Notes: generated by a model from the sequence alone, not told the origin. Shown: positions 1 through 10,383, counted from the first letter of the stretch. The stretch: 40,000 nucleotides of DNA from Bacillus velezensis (GCF_001461825.1 NZ_LLZC01000019.1:526947-566946), one strand, 5' to 3'. Numbers and translations are program-made.

Positions 1-1270
1 GCCAGCCCAAGTTCAAATCCAAATAGTTCGTGAACATATTATTTTTATAATCGACGGCAATGACATACCCAAACGTTCCCTTTCCCTCACTGTCAAGAGA
101 GGTAAAATGAAACATGCCGCGGGTCGAAGCGTTGCTCGGACTGTTTGCCGCTTTGCCTGTTGAATAAAAGGTGCCGAACGCCCTGCCGTTTGTAACGATT
201 TTTTCAAGAAAGTTATCATCATCACCAATTGTAAGAAGATAGCCGCCGTTATCGTTTGTTATTTTCGAAAGCTGTGCGCCGTTCCACATATTTTTATCCG
301 CCTGTGTGACATGGATGTCTTTTTTATTGGCGTGAGCGTCTACTTTTGCTTGAGAGCCTGCATCTGTTTCTCTTTGGCTCCATTCCGACCATACGCCTTT
401 AGTGCTGAAACTTCGGACGTATATGGGATTTCCGGCGGTCACTGTGTCTATAAACATTTGGACAAAAGTCGGTGATGCTCCGCGGGTTCTTTGCATTACA
501 ATTAATTGTCCGTATTCCGCAGGCTTATTTTCCGTATGCTGAACTGATATATAGTAGATACCGGACGTTTTTATATTGTCTAAGTTTGTTTCCGTTACCG
601 TTTTAGCATTCCCGTCATTGTCAGTCAGATTGAATAACTGCCCTGCATTCCATTTGTCTTTGTCAGACTTGGTTACATGAAGATCTGTTTTGTCGGCATG
701 CTCATTTACTTTTGCTTGTGCTCCGGCAGCTGTTTCAAATGGCATCCATTCCGTCCAGATGCCGTTTTTCAGCGTTTTTCTCCAAAATCCCCCGTCATCT
801 GAGAAAGCGGCCGCCTCTCCGTTATTCTTTGAAGAATAAAGGTATATACCCTCTGACGGTTTAGGCGGGGTATTTACTCCAGTTGCAGCTGCTGAGAAAG
901 TAAAGGTCTTATTTTGGCTGGCAGCGGTCTGATGAAAATCCTGTCCGTCAGAGATATCAATAAAAGCGGATCCATTATCTTTTGTCATTTTAGACAATTG
1001 CCCGTTATTCCACTTCTGGCGCTCTTCCTTCGTCACATGCCGGTCCAGATCTTGATTGTGCCGGTCGAAATCTTTTTTTGCTGCCTGCTGGACGTTGTCC
1101 ACGTTTCCGAGGCCGATTTGGGCCTTTGTCGTTTTGTGCGGGTTGTTCATGTCGTTTTTATGGGCCGCCAGATCGGTGTGGGCGTCTTTTATGCCTTTTT
1201 CCCAGCGGTTGACGTCATCTTCGTTAATCGGATCGTCCGCAAGCCAGTCTGTTTTTTCTTCGTAAGCCAT
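1..1270 (-). CDS. xkdV: Tail fibre / host-specificity protein XkdV, N-terminal 423 codons; C-terminus outside the window
   Basis: Absent from the ORF track because it stays open to the window edge. Hand translation from ATG 1270 (RBS GAGGTGGTG 5 nt upstream) gives MAYEEKTDWLADDPINEDDVNRWEKGIKDAHTDLAAHKNDMNNPHKTTKAQIGLGNVDNVQQ... with no stop down to position 2. It follows xkdU, as in PBSX. Confidence 0.85.
   Translation of the reverse strand, partial: MAYEEKTDWLADDPINEDDVNRWEKGIKDAHTDLAAHKNDMNNPHKTTKAQIGLGNVDNVQQAAKKDFDRHNQDLDRHVTKEERQKWNNGQLSKMTKDNGSAFIDISDGQDFHQTAASQNKTFTFSAAATGVNTPPKPSEGIYLYSSKNNGEAAAFSDDGGFWRKTLKNGIWTEWMPFETAAGAQAKVNEHADKTDLHVTKSDKDKWNAGQLFNLTDNDGNAKTVTETNLDNIKTSGIYYISVQHTENKPAEYGQLIVMQRTRGASPTFVQMFIDTVTAGNPIYVRSFSTKGVWSEWSQRETDAGSQAKVDAHANKKDIHVTQADKNMWNGAQLSKITNDNGGYLLTIGDDDNFLEKIVTNGRAFGTFYSTGKAANSPSNASTRGMFHFTSLDSEGKGTFGYVIAVDYKNNMFTNYLDLNLGW
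2..1084 (-). repeat. Three diverged modules of about 120 aa in the XkdV fibre
   Basis: The motif HVT-x6-WN-x2-QL occurs at aa 78-92, 198-212 and 320-334. It is preceded by G(I/V)W(T/S)EW...AG(A/S)QAKV at aa 170-188 and 291-310. Confidence 0.7.
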
Positions 1271-1272
1271 CG

Positions 1273-1545
1273 TTACACCACCTCAAAGGTAAATCTTAAA
1301 TCAAGCGTTCTGTTATTGCTGAGATCTAAATTTGTTTTTCGTTCTGTGATGACGCTTCCTGTTTCGTCAAGCATCTGCACGGTTTCAATGTGTTTGACGT
1401 CTTCTTCCCTGCGTGTCAGAACGGTGACTGCGGCATCTTTTACGGAAATATCCGCAATCGGAGTTTCTTTGCCGTTTAACAGCACTTTTGTGATCCTGTT
1501 TTTCAGATCGGCTGCGGCACGCTGTCTGTAAGCGGCTGATATCAT
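1273..1545 (-). CDS. Small late protein (90 aa) between xkdU and xkdV, function unknown
   Basis: ORF-track entry. Its ATG overlaps the xkdU stop (ATGA) and its stop lies 2 nt before the xkdV ATG, so it is translationally coupled within the late operon. Confidence 0.7.
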   Translation of the reverse strand: MISAAYRQRAAADLKNRITKVLLNGKETPIADISVKDAAVTVLTRREEDVKHIETVQMLDETGSVITERKTNLDLSNNRTLDLRFTFEVV

Positions 1546-2120
1546 GGTAAGACCACCTCGTTATTGTTGAGTGTGACGGAATAACCGACCTTCAGTTCAC
1601 TGACTTTTCGGTATCTCCGATTGTTGAGAATGACCCGGTCTTTGATTTCCAGTGTTTCGTTTAATGCGGCTCTCAGTGTATACGCCAAATGAGCGGGTTT
1701 GATTTTTTCAAGCGTTTCAATCAGCTCGTTCATGTGCTGCAGGTCATCAAGCCCGATATCGGCATAAAAACGATACTGCCCCGGAAACATCCGAACGTAA
1801 GCTGACGGATGTTTTAAAAAACGGTTTAGCGCCTGCTCGATCGCTTGATGTGTGATGGGCGGAATATTCGACATCTTCGAAATCAGCCTGAGCCGTCTCA
1901 TATCCTCCGTGTCACCTGATTCCCGCGGTATTTTTAATATTTTTTCCCAGCGGTCAAGCCCCCACGTCGCCGTCGTGATAAAGAGCTGATCCGTTAAATC
2001 GAAAATATCGTTATTCTGCCGCTCAAACTCAGGAACTTCCGCCTCAAGCAGTTGTGCCATCTCCTTTAATCGGGTTAAAAACGGCGGGAGGTACGCCGTC
2101 ATCTCATCGAGTCTGCTCAA
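1542..2120 (-). CDS. xkdU: Baseplate/tail protein XkdU family
   Basis: 192-aa ORF with a TTG start and RBS AAGAGGTG 7 nt upstream. It overlaps the xkdT end and sits in the xkdU position. Confidence 0.8.
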   Translation of the reverse strand: MSRLDEMTAYLPPFLTRLKEMAQLLEAEVPEFERQNNDIFDLTDQLFITTATWGLDRWEKILKIPRESGDTEDMRRLRLISKMSNIPPITHQAIEQALNRFLKHPSAYVRMFPGQYRFYADIGLDDLQHMNELIETLEKIKPAHLAYTLRAALNETLEIKDRVILNNRRYRKVSELKVGYSVTLNNNEVVLP

Positions 2121-3156
2121 GGATTGTCACCTCTTTGAGTTTAGGAATTTCCACGTCACTGAGCACGAGGTTTTCCGCCGCACCGTTCATTTTGATATCG
2201 GCGTAGTCACTGACGGATGCCGAGTTATAAACGATGTTGTTTATTTGTGATAAACGGACGGTGTTTTCTTCGAAGGCCATTTTCTTAAATAAATTCAGGA
2301 CGCCTTTTTCAATCTCCGCTTTTACGTCATCGATCGAGCTGTTCAGCTCAGGCAGCACGGAAGCCGAGATTTCGATTTCCTTCCATACGGCGCTTTCCAC
2401 CGTTACTGCCGCTCCGATCGGCGCCTGTCCTTCTCCCTGTCCTTCGTCCGGATCAATATAATCCTTTACTTTCTTGATCAGAATATCTGATGCCGGTTCC
2501 AAATTCGCATTTGTGATGACAACCTTCACCGTTCCGGCTCCGTTCCAAAGCGGGAAGATTTTCGCCCTGCCGACGCCGTCAACCTCTTCGGCCCATTGTT
2601 TATAATGCTGTTTATTTGCGCTGACTGCCTCCCGGCGGACACGGGTAAAATAGCGCGCCCTTAAGCTGTTGTCGTCTTCTTCCTCACGGCCGGGAATTAA
2701 TATATCGCGCATGACTGCTTTCTCAAGCCCGGGTATCGTATCAAGCGGCAGCAGGTTCTGCCCTGAAATGCCGGCATTGCCCGCTTCACCGGCTGTTTCA
2801 CATTCAAGCGTTCCATCCCCCGTATATTGAAAATACAGGTTATCAACGAAGAAACGGGAGCCTGGCGGAATGGTGATGCCCGCTGTGAATTCTCCTGCTC
2901 TGACCGCTTTTGTAGCAGGTGTTCGTTCAATTCCCGCTTCAGCAGCACGCCTGTCCAGAAATTCTCCCTGAGCCGTATCGGAAAACACGAGCTCCAGCAC
3001 GGTATCAAGCCAAATATAAGACTTTGCGAGCTCAGCGGCCGCAGGCGCGAGCGCATTGTAAATGACGCTGCCTTCTCTCGTATCAATATCCGCCGTAACG
3101 CGCGCCAGCATTCTGTCCATAATGTCGTCAAACGTCTGAGCTTCAAACATCCTCAC
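2104..3156 (-). CDS. xkdT: Baseplate J-like protein XkdT
   Basis: 350-aa ORF from GTG 3156; the alternative ATG 3150 gives 348 aa. The start overlaps the xkdS stop. Sequence [18 protein letters not shown]... sits in the baseplate J position. Confidence 0.85.
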   Translation of the reverse strand: MRMFEAQTFDDIMDRMLARVTADIDTREGSVIYNALAPAAAELAKSYIWLDTVLELVFSDTAQGEFLDRRAAEAGIERTPATKAVRAGEFTAGITIPPGSRFFVDNLYFQYTGDGTLECETAGEAGNAGISGQNLLPLDTIPGLEKAVMRDILIPGREEEDDNSLRARYFTRVRREAVSANKQHYKQWAEEVDGVGRAKIFPLWNGAGTVKVVITNANLEPASDILIKKVKDYIDPDEGQGEGQAPIGAAVTVESAVWKEIEISASVLPELNSSIDDVKAEIEKGVLNLFKKMAFEENTVRLSQINNIVYNSASVSDYADIKMNGAAENLVLSDVEIPKLKEVTILEQTR

Positions 3157-3568
3157 CCAGCACCTCCTCTATCTCAAGCATGCCCTCATCAGTTTCAACG
3201 GTAAAAGAGACGATGAAGGCATCATCTTTTTTCTCAATCTCAAAATTGGTAACGGCCAAAATACGGTCATCATACAGCAAGGCTTCTTCTATCAGTCTTG
3301 GAATCTCCATTTTTTTATAAGCATCCGTCGTGTTCTGATCTGAAAGCACTTCCTGCAGTTCATTTCCGATATCATGGCTGAAAACCGAATATGAATACCG
3401 TTCTGTGTGAAGAGCGATATAGACGAATTGTCTGATTGCGTCCAGTCCGTTTATCAGTTCATTGGTAATCCGGTTGTTTTCAAAATCAATTCGGTAGGTT
3501 TGTGAAGTCTCAACGGCCTCACTCGCATCCTCCAAATCTTCAAATTCGATTTCCGGTGTCAGGGCCAT
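3143..3568 (-). CDS. xkdS: Small baseplate protein XkdS family
   Basis: 141-aa ORF with ATG start and RBS AAAGGAG; PBSX gene order. Confidence 0.8.
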   Translation of the reverse strand: MALTPEIEFEDLEDASEAVETSQTYRIDFENNRITNELINGLDAIRQFVYIALHTERYSYSVFSHDIGNELQEVLSDQNTTDAYKKMEIPRLIEEALLYDDRILAVTNFEIEKKDDAFIVSFTVETDEGMLEIEEVLGEDV

Positions 3569-3597
3569 TGCACCCGCTCCTTTTAGATTTGATCATG

Positions 3598-3632
3598 TAA
3601 AAAAGCCCTCTTCGGATGATGAAGCGGCTTTA
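3598..3632 (-). terminator. Weak, imperfect hairpin plus U-run in the xkdR-xkdS gap
   Basis: The stem has one mismatch and one bulge, followed by TTTTTT on the minus strand. This 103-nt gap is the only sizeable one in the baseplate block. Confidence 0.3.
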
Positions 3633-3671
3633 ATAGGCTGATATTCTGGTACATTTCCGTCCGGATGCCGG

Positions 3672-3938
3672 TTAAATTTTGTCCAGTACAAAGAAAGACT
3701 GTCCTCCTGTTAAAGCGGCGGTCATCACCCGATCTCCCGCTTGGAGCTGATCATCTTCTCCGGATCTCAGCCGCTTCGGCACAATAAGTGCATCAGACGG
3801 AATCAAAAGTTTGTCGTGATCTTTCAGTTTCAGCTCGAGCGGCGAAATGGAGGTCACTTCGGCCGGCATCAGCTCCACCGGTGCTTCGGCGTCAACCGCT
3901 CCGACGGCTAAATGTTTAATGGCATCACTTAATCTCAT
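3672..3938 (-). CDS. xkdR: Small tail/baseplate protein XkdR family
   Basis: 88-aa ORF whose ATG overlaps the xkdQ stop (ATGA). Confidence 0.8.
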   Translation of the reverse strand: MRLSDAIKHLAVGAVDAEAPVELMPAEVTSISPLELKLKDHDKLLIPSDALIVPKRLRSGEDDQLQAGDRVMTAALTGGQSFFVLDKI

Positions 3939-4915
3939 CAGGATGTCCCCTCCGGAAGTGAATTTTTCTCCGTGACGTCAATCGTCATAGTATGTTTTGT
4001 TCCTTGGAATTCATGGCGGTCCGTATCTACATAATAGGTTTTCTTCAGCCCGATTTCCGGAATTGAAATATAGACAGGCAATCCGCTTTCCAACCCGGGA
4101 ATACCGATCGCCTGTATATTTTTCAGCTCTTTCTTAACGCCTTTTTTCTCAGCCTGCTTCACTTTTGCGCGCTGTTTCAGCTGGGCTTCATTAATGTCGT
4201 CAGAAACCGTTTCGGTATACTGCAAAACGCCGAATGTTTTCATGCCCGCGCTGTCTGAGGCGGAAGCCTTCACGGTTTTATCGTCTTTTTGCAGCCGCAT
4301 GACGACACGGGTTGCGGTGTCATCAATTGAGGTGCTGTATTGATACCCTGTGATATTAACTCCTGTTTCCAGCACCCATATGTCAGACGGCTCCGGCCAT
4401 TCACGCAAGCCGAGCCTGCCTTTTTCTGAATAGAGCTGATAATTGCGCCCCGTCTGGCTTTTTGTCTGCTTTAACGCTTTTAGCATCATATCGTAAAGGC
4501 TTGTATCATTTTTAAAAACGAGTGATTTAATGGTATGGCCTGTGTTGGCAATGGATGTGACGGGAATTTGAAAATCGCTGGCGATCCTTTTTAATATTTG
4601 ATCGGCGCGCTTGTTGGAAAACACGTAAACGTCCTGGTTTTTCACAAGGTATTGAAGCATATCGTATGCGGTGAAGGCGACGGTATGCTCATCGGGCGTT
4701 CTTGCAAAAACAACGCCGCGGAACAGCTCTTTTCCGTTCCATTTGAACAAAACCGTGTCCCCTTCTGATACGCCGTAATACGTCTGGCTGCCCTGCTTTA
4801 CGACAATCTTCGCTTCGATGGAGCGGGGCGCCTGATATCTGTGTCCTTCCAGCGTGACGCTTTCTGTGACAAGCTCGAGCCACTCCGTTTCTTTTATGAC
4901 AAATAGTTCAATCAT
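3938..4915 (-). CDS. xkdQ: Tail/baseplate hub protein XkdQ/YqbQ family
   Basis: 325-aa ORF with RBS GGGTGA, in the position after the LysM protein. Confidence 0.8.
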   Translation of the reverse strand: MIELFVIKETEWLELVTESVTLEGHRYQAPRSIEAKIVVKQGSQTYYGVSEGDTVLFKWNGKELFRGVVFARTPDEHTVAFTAYDMLQYLVKNQDVYVFSNKRADQILKRIASDFQIPVTSIANTGHTIKSLVFKNDTSLYDMMLKALKQTKSQTGRNYQLYSEKGRLGLREWPEPSDIWVLETGVNITGYQYSTSIDDTATRVVMRLQKDDKTVKASASDSAGMKTFGVLQYTETVSDDINEAQLKQRAKVKQAEKKGVKKELKNIQAIGIPGLESGLPVYISIPEIGLKKTYYVDTDRHEFQGTKHTMTIDVTEKNSLPEGTS

Positions 4916-4928
4916 CTTTTCACCCGTT

Positions 4929-5588
4929 TCATTGCGGTATCTTCAGCTTCTGCCCCGGGAAGATCCAATGCCCCGGCTGCCGGATATTCCGTTTGCTGCG
5001 CTTAATCATGGCGGTTTTATTCGCGTTCCAGATTTTCCGCCACTCCGTGTGTTTTCCGTAAAACTTGCCGGCGATGTCCCAAAGCGTATCCCCTTTTTTG
5101 ACGGTATATGTTTTGGGTGAAGCTTTGGACGGGCGCTTCGCTTTCGTTTTTTTCTTTTGTTTGATTTTTCTTGGCGAAGCGGTTTTATATTCTTTCAGTA
5201 CGATATCAAAATTCCGGTCGCCGATTTCATTGTCACCTTCGCTGTAATTAAAGCTTTCAATGCTGCATGTGACATTGATTTTTGTCCCTGTAATCAAAAA
5301 CTGAACGGGTTTTTTCGCTTTCATCCATGCTTCAATGGCTGAAATGGCTTTTTCCGGCGAAGGGATGCTTTGATATTCAACAATCGGGCTGTACCGTTTC
5401 GGAAAAAAAGAAGAGAACGAAATTTCTTTCGCTCCCGGTTCTTCGATAAACGTCACCTCTCCAAGTCCGGTGACTTTCACGGAATCATTCTGCACGCTGT
5501 TTGCGATATCAATCGCTTCAGGGAGAACGGGAAGCCGGAGCTTGTCCTTTCCCTGAGACAGCCAAAATTCGTAAACAGATTTAGTCAA
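4929..5588 (-). CDS. xkdP: LysM-domain tail protein XkdP
   Basis: The C-terminal sequence [18 protein letters not shown]...[10 protein letters not shown] is a LysM motif. I prefer the TTG start at 5588 (RBS AAAGGGGG 8 nt upstream). The ORF track extends to 5639, but no RBS precedes that start and it would overlap xkdO by 59 nt. Confidence 0.75.
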   Translation of the reverse strand: MTKSVYEFWLSQGKDKLRLPVLPEAIDIANSVQNDSVKVTGLGEVTFIEEPGAKEISFSSFFPKRYSPIVEYQSIPSPEKAISAIEAWMKAKKPVQFLITGTKINVTCSIESFNYSEGDNEIGDRNFDIVLKEYKTASPRKIKQKKKTKAKRPSKASPKTYTVKKGDTLWDIAGKFYGKHTEWRKIWNANKTAMIKRSKRNIRQPGHWIFPGQKLKIPQ

Positions 5589-8500
5589 AAGCAACGGCCC
5601 CCTTTGCTCCGGTATACATGTCTTTTTGCAGTTCATCAATCAGCGCCTGTTTGATTTTGGCGGCGAGGCTGTCGGCGTCCTGTCCGTTATGGAAATGCTG
5701 ATCGCCGCTGAATTCGATTTTAATCTCTTTTGTTCCCGTTTTTTGAACGGTTTGTCCGCCGCCTTTAACGGCTGCGGAAACCGTGCCGGCTGAAAGCGCC
5801 GCCGGTTCCGTCTGTGACGGGTCGGACACTTCCATGCCGAGCGCTTGAGCCGCTTTTTGCAGCAGATAACGGCCGCGGATGCCCCGCTCTTCAGGGATGA
5901 TCCACTCCCGTTTGTTCCCTTCCCCGACACGGGCGATCTGCTCCTTGGTAATCAGACCCCCATTGGCATAACCGACGTAAGGGCCTCCATGAGCCATACT
6001 TTTAATCCCGGGGACATTGCTGATCGAGCCGTATCGGCTTTTAATATAGCCGATAGCGGCAGCGGCGTTGTGAATTGGATTTCTGATATCATTCATGCCC
6101 GGCGCTTTGTGATCTTCAAAGGTGCTCGGAATCGTCTGCATAAGCCCCTGTGACGGGTGTCCGGCTTTGGCGTTGCTGTCCCATAGATTAATGGAATTAG
6201 GGTTGCCGCCTGACTCATGCTGTGCGATCGTCATTAATCCCGGAAGCCAGCTGATCGGCGTATTGGTTGCTTTCATTGCGGCCAAAAGCCACTCTTTGAC
6301 GCTTCCTCCCGCTGCACCCATGCCGGAAAAGGCTGCTGCAAGCGAGCCTGCCTGTTTTTCGGCGTATTTTTTCACGTCAACTGAGCCGAGACCTTTGACG
6401 ACGCCGACTGAAGCAAAGCGTCCGAGACTCATCATGACACGGGAAGGAGAGTGAATATCAAGCTCTTCCCTGAATGCGTCCTCGACTTTTTTGGCCATAT
6501 CTTTGGCAGCCTGTTTGACTTCGCTTCCTTTTGCAGTCATCCCTGATACGAAGTGTCCGATCAGGCCTGACCCCCAGCCGTTCGCGGAATCTCTTGATTG
6601 CACAAACGGTTTATTGATATGTGTGCTTACGTATTGCGACGTTCCCGTATCTTTTGCATTCTGTCCGGCCGAATATCCTTTCACCGTTGCGGCGCCCCAT
6701 GATGACGATTGATTAACCGCCGATTGATAAGGTGTTTTCACCTTTGTTTTTAAAAATGAATCGGTGCCCGTCGGCGAAGTATTCTGACCTTTCACATAGC
6801 CCGCAACGACTTGCTTTCCGTAACCGGATGAAGACGAAATGAGGGCATTGAACGGCGTTCCGATGTTTTTTTCCTTCCAGCCGTCCATATCCACCGCTTT
6901 TTTGCTGATTCCGCTGTCAAAGCCTTCAGTAAACTGTTTGCCGAGTGATGAAGCCGTCCCGCCAAGTCCGGATGCCTCTACAGACGCCGCGGCCGATACA
7001 GATGCAGAAGAAGAAACACCGCCCGCTCCCGCCGGCACAGCAGAAGACTGAGCCGAAGCCGCGCCCATATCATCGACAACACGCATGCCGAGCTTAGACG
7101 CAGCTTGTGAAAGCAGCATCTTTCCGCGTCCGCGATTGTTGTCGACGGGGATGACAAATTCTTTACCGGCTTCACCGATCCAGGAAATGGTCGGCTTTGT
7201 AATGTAGCCGCCCGTGGCGTTTTTGTCCGTTTTTTTCTTTTTATCTCCGCCGCCTCCTGTGACAAAGTTCATTATGCCTGAAATCATTTTGCCGCCGGTT
7301 TTATCCCAAATCTTTTTCACCCAGTCGAATGCTGCAGAAAAAGCATCTGATATGGCCGTTCCCACTTTTACAAGAGGTTCTTTTATATGTTTCTCAAACC
7401 AGCCGCTTAACCCTTTCCATATATCCTTTACCGTATCTAAAGCAGTCTGGAAAGCATCTGATATTCCTTTACCGACATTTTTTACCATGTCTTTCACCGG
7501 ATTCCAGACAGTATCCATGAACCAGCCGGAAACCGTACTGAAAACGGATTTAATTTTATCCCAAGCTCCTGTGATTTTACTCCAAATGGACGTCGCCACT
7601 CCGACGACAGCCGATTTTACGGGGGTCCACACGGTGCTCATAAACCAGCCGGATACTGTGCTGAAGACACCTTGAATCGTCGTCCACGCATTCACGATAT
7701 TTGACCAGATGCTGGTCGCCACTCCGACGACAGCCGATGAAACCGGCGTCCATACATTTTCCATGAACCAGGATGACACCGTGCTGAAAATCCCTTGAAT
7801 CGTTGTCCACGCATTCACGATATTTGACCAGATGCTTGTCGCCACTCCGACGACAGCTGATGAAACCGGCGTCCATACATTTTCCATGAACCAGGATGAA
7901 ACGCTTCCCCAAGTATCTTGTATTGTTGTCCAAGCACTTTGCGCCGCTTTGGAAATATCATTCCATGTGTCTTTCAAAGCCCCTGAATCAAAGGCATCTC
8001 CCAAGCTGGAACCGCCTAAACTGCCGGCGATGCCGCCTACCGCGCCGCCGATTAATGTGCCCACTCCGGGAACAACGCTGCCGATTGCCGCTCCGGCCGC
8101 AGCTCCGGCAAGACCGCCGCCTGCTGAGCCGACCTTCTCTCCTGCATTATCTTTATTGATGCCGGCTAAATCAGTAAGTGATAACAATTCACCTATGCCG
8201 GGAATTCCTTTAGCGGCACCTTTTAACCCTTTCAAACCGCCTTTTAGCGCTTTTGAATCTCCTAAGCCTTTCAAAAGCGCGCCGATGCCTTTACCTGCCC
8301 CTTTTGTTTTCGGCGTGTTTACGGATGCCTGTTTGCTTTCCTTTACGGAGGAACCTCCTTTCGAGGATTTATTCCGCCCTTCGACTTTACTGCTTTTGCC
8401 CCTCGTCACTCCGGTACAGCAGCAGCAGCCCCCCAAAGCCCCGCCGGTTTTTTTGGCTGACTTTCCTGAAGATTTTGGCGCTGTTACCGTGCGCTGTGAA

Positions 8501-10383
8501 CCCTTTGCCAGATCAGGACGCTTCGGGCCGTTGGAGCCGCCGGCAGAAAGGCCGCCCTTACTCTTTTCTTTTTTCGTGCCGCCTCCTAATAATCCGCCGA
8601 TATTGAGTTTGCCTAATTTTTCAGCGATTCCTGAAAATATTTTTTCTATTAATTCCCCGGCTTTTTCGATGATCGCATCAGGACTGAATTTGCCGAACTT
8701 TTTATCAATGCCTCCGAACAGTGAGGATGTAAACTGCTCCACTTTTTCCAAAATCTTATCCGGATTGAGAAAATCGAATTTCTCAGAAATTCGGTCAATC
8801 GTGTCATTTACAAATTGTTCGGCGCGGTCGATTAGCTTATCAGGACTGAATTTACCGACAACGTCGTCGACTTTCTTCATAAACGAATCAGTAAAATGAT
8901 CCAGCTCTTTCAATATGGTCTCCGGACTGAATTTGCTGACAACGTCATCTATCTTTTTCATAAATGAATCAGTGAATTTATCCAGTTCTTTCAATATGGC
9001 TTCCGGACTGAATTTACTCACGACCCCGTCTACCTTTTTCATAAACGAATCAGCGAATTTGTCCAGCTCTGCTAAGATTGTTGCCGGACTGAATTTGCTT
9101 GCGATTTCGTCCACTTTCCCCATGAATGAGGTCGTGAACTTGTCCAGTTCGGTTAATATCGTTGCAGGGCTGAATTTGCTCGCGATTTCGTCTACTTTTC
9201 CCATGAATGAGGTCGTGAACTTGTCCAGTTCAGCTAATATCGTTGCAGGGCTGAATTTGCTTGCGATTTCGTCCACTTTCCCCATGAATGACGTTGTGAA
9301 CTTGTCCAGTTCGGTTAATATCGTTGCCGGGCTGAATTTGCTCGCGATTTCGTCCACTTTCCCCATGAATGAGGTCGTGAACTTATCCAGTTCGGCTAAT
9401 ATCGTCTCAGGGCTGAATTTGCTTGCGATTTCATCCACTTTCCCCATGAATGAGGTCGTGAACTTATCCAGTTCGGCTAATATCGTCTCAGGGCTGAATT
9501 TGCTCGCGATTTCGTCTACTTTCCCCATGAATGACGTTGTGAACTTGTCCAGTTCGGCTAATATCGTCTCAGGGCTGAATTTGCTTGCGATTTCGTCCGC
9601 TTTCTTCATAAAGCTTTCAGCGAATTTATCCAGTTCCGCTATGATTGTTTCCGGATAAAATTTGGATGCGATGTCATTGACTTTTTTCATGAAGGTGTCT
9701 GCAATGGAGTCAAGCATTGAAAAATCGTTTTTCGGCGAAGCAGGAGCAGCAGAAGCAGAAGCTTTTCCGACGTCCGGCATATTCTTTTGCATTGCAGCCA
9801 GCTGTGCTGTCACCTTTTCGTTTAACGATAATTGAATGACATTGTTTTTTCCCGTCAGCGAATCAATGCCCGCTGAAATTCGGCCGACTGTTTTCATGAC
9901 GTGATCTATGACGCGTATAGTGACAGAGTACCCGTTCTTTAACGCAGATTGCATATAGCGTTTGATGCGTTCCATGGCAGGGGTCACTTCGTCTGACGCA
10001 TACAGTGAAACGGTAAATCCTTTAAAACCGGCAGCCAGATCCCGCAATCTCTCAAATGCCGCTGTCGCGCTGTCTTTTGCTCCTATTTTAACGGTTAAAG
10101 ACGCAGGCAGACCCGCTAATTGGGTTTGCACCTTTTGAATGACGGCACTGGCTCCGTCTTCAGCTGAAATAGAGATCATTTGTGCGCCCAGCTTTCTTTT
10201 CATAGAGCGCTGGATGCGGTCAATTGTTCTTAAAACAGATTTACTCTCTTTGCGTATATCAATTTCACTTTGACGTTTTGTCATTTTCCTGTATTTCTCA
10301 AGCGCTCTGAAGCCATTTTGGATTTTCCTTATTTTCTTTGAAACCCGATCTTCCAATTCAAAACGGGCGGTCAGCTTTGCCAT
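5581..10383 (-). CDS. xkdO: Tail tape measure protein (1600 aa) with internal tandem repeats, a Gly-rich hydrophobic segment and a C-terminal lytic transglycosylase (SLT) domain
   Basis: It is the longest ORF and lies directly after the chaperone gene. RBS AAAGGGGGAG. SLT motif AQHESGGNP...[10 protein letters not shown]. The 27-aa and 41-aa repeat arrays are listed separately. Confidence 0.9.
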   Translation of the reverse strand: MAKLTARFELEDRVSKKIRKIQNGFRALEKYRKMTKRQSEIDIRKESKSVLRTIDRIQRSMKRKLGAQMISISAEDGASAVIQKVQTQLAGLPASLTVKIGAKDSATAAFERLRDLAAGFKGFTVSLYASDEVTPAMERIKRYMQSALKNGYSVTIRVIDHVMKTVGRISAGIDSLTGKNNVIQLSLNEKVTAQLAAMQKNMPDVGKASASAAPASPKNDFSMLDSIADTFMKKVNDIASKFYPETIIAELDKFAESFMKKADEIASKFSPETILAELDKFTTSFMGKVDEIASKFSPETILAELDKFTTSFMGKVDEIASKFSPETILAELDKFTTSFMGKVDEIASKFSPATILTELDKFTTSFMGKVDEIASKFSPATILAELDKFTTSFMGKVDEIASKFSPATILTELDKFTTSFMGKVDEIASKFSPATILAELDKFADSFMKKVDGVVSKFSPEAILKELDKFTDSFMKKIDDVVSKFSPETILKELDHFTDSFMKKVDDVVGKFSPDKLIDRAEQFVNDTIDRISEKFDFLNPDKILEKVEQFTSSLFGGIDKKFGKFSPDAIIEKAGELIEKIFSGIAEKLGKLNIGGLLGGGTKKEKSKGGLSAGGSNGPKRPDLAKGSQRTVTAPKSSGKSAKKTGGALGGCCCCTGVTRGKSSKVEGRNKSSKGGSSVKESKQASVNTPKTKGAGKGIGALLKGLGDSKALKGGLKGLKGAAKGIPGIGELLSLTDLAGINKDNAGEKVGSAGGGLAGAAAGAAIGSVVPGVGTLIGGAVGGIAGSLGGSSLGDAFDSGALKDTWNDISKAAQSAWTTIQDTWGSVSSWFMENVWTPVSSAVVGVATSIWSNIVNAWTTIQGIFSTVSSWFMENVWTPVSSAVVGVATSIWSNIVNAWTTIQGVFSTVSGWFMSTVWTPVKSAVVGVATSIWSKITGAWDKIKSVFSTVSGWFMDTVWNPVKDMVKNVGKGISDAFQTALDTVKDIWKGLSGWFEKHIKEPLVKVGTAISDAFSAAFDWVKKIWDKTGGKMISGIMNFVTGGGGDKKKKTDKNATGGYITKPTISWIGEAGKEFVIPVDNNRGRGKMLLSQAASKLGMRVVDDMGAASAQSSAVPAGAGGVSSSASVSAAASVEASGLGGTASSLGKQFTEGFDSGISKKAVDMDGWKEKNIGTPFNALISSSSGYGKQVVAGYVKGQNTSPTGTDSFLKTKVKTPYQSAVNQSSSWGAATVKGYSAGQNAKDTGTSQYVSTHINKPFVQSRDSANGWGSGLIGHFVSGMTAKGSEVKQAAKDMAKKVEDAFREELDIHSPSRVMMSLGRFASVGVVKGLGSVDVKKYAEKQAGSLAAAFSGMGAAGGSVKEWLLAAMKATNTPISWLPGLMTIAQHESGGNPNSINLWDSNAKAGHPSQGLMQTIPSTFEDHKAPGMNDIRNPIHNAAAAIGYIKSRYGSISNVPGIKSMAHGGPYVGYANGGLITKEQIARVGEGNKREWIIPEERGIRGRYLLQKAAQALGMEVSDPSQTEPAALSAGTVSAAVKGGGQTVQKTGTKEIKIEFSGDQHFHNGQDADSLAAKIKQALIDELQKDMYTGAKGAVAFD
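7250..7990 (-). repeat. In-frame 123-bp (41-aa) tandem repeat array in xkdO: 5-6 units, Trp-rich
   Basis: The anchor ca(t/a)gaacca recurs at 7885, 7762, 7639 and 7516, with degenerate copies at 7393 and 7270. The protein unit is [41 protein letters not shown]. Confidence 0.85.
8600..9700 (-). repeat. In-frame 81-bp (27-aa) tandem repeat array in xkdO: about 13 units, six of them nearly identical (9046-9531)
   Basis: The anchor ctgaatttg recurs at 8684, 8846, 8927, 9008, 9089, 9170, 9251, 9332, 9413, 9494 and 9575, always at multiples of 81 nt. The protein unit is [14 protein letters not shown](E/A)TIL(A/T)ELDKFTTS. Confidence 0.9.

Noticed and set aside
914-1531. Plus-strand 205-aa ORF, and the nested ORF 1056-1265
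   Set aside because: They are antisense to the xkdV N-terminus and the 90-aa late gene. They start at TTG with no RBS and have an implausible hydrophobic, Cys-rich composition.
2697-3146. 149-aa minus-strand ORF nested in xkdT. Similar nested or antisense ORFs occur at 13516-13812, 13855-14064, 14094-14390, 16070-16255, 16944-17174, 18642-18896, 22151-22423 and 31803-32057.
   Set aside because: They are alternative frames of confidently assigned genes, with Arg/Cys/Ser-rich compositions and no RBS.
5589-5639. Longer xkdP start overlapping xkdO by 59 nt
   Set aside because: It has no RBS and gives an odd N-terminus ([14 protein letters not shown]). TTG 5588 has an AAAGGGGG RBS. The longer form is kept as an alternative because it gives 236 aa, close to the length I remember for the annotated homologue.
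7832-9658. Long plus-strand ORFs (7832-8899, 355 aa; 8915-9658, 247 aa) antisense to xkdO
   Set aside because: They mirror the repeat structure of the minus-strand tape measure gene and have no RBS. Their sequences are low-complexity (PPP/SSS/NLL runs). They are shadow frames left open by the biased, repetitive codon content of xkdO.
8600-9700. Regularly spaced 81-bp repeats that could be mistaken for a CRISPR array
   Set aside because: There are no unique spacers. The whole unit repeats, the period is exactly 27 codons, it lies in frame inside a 1600-aa ORF, and there are no cas genes.
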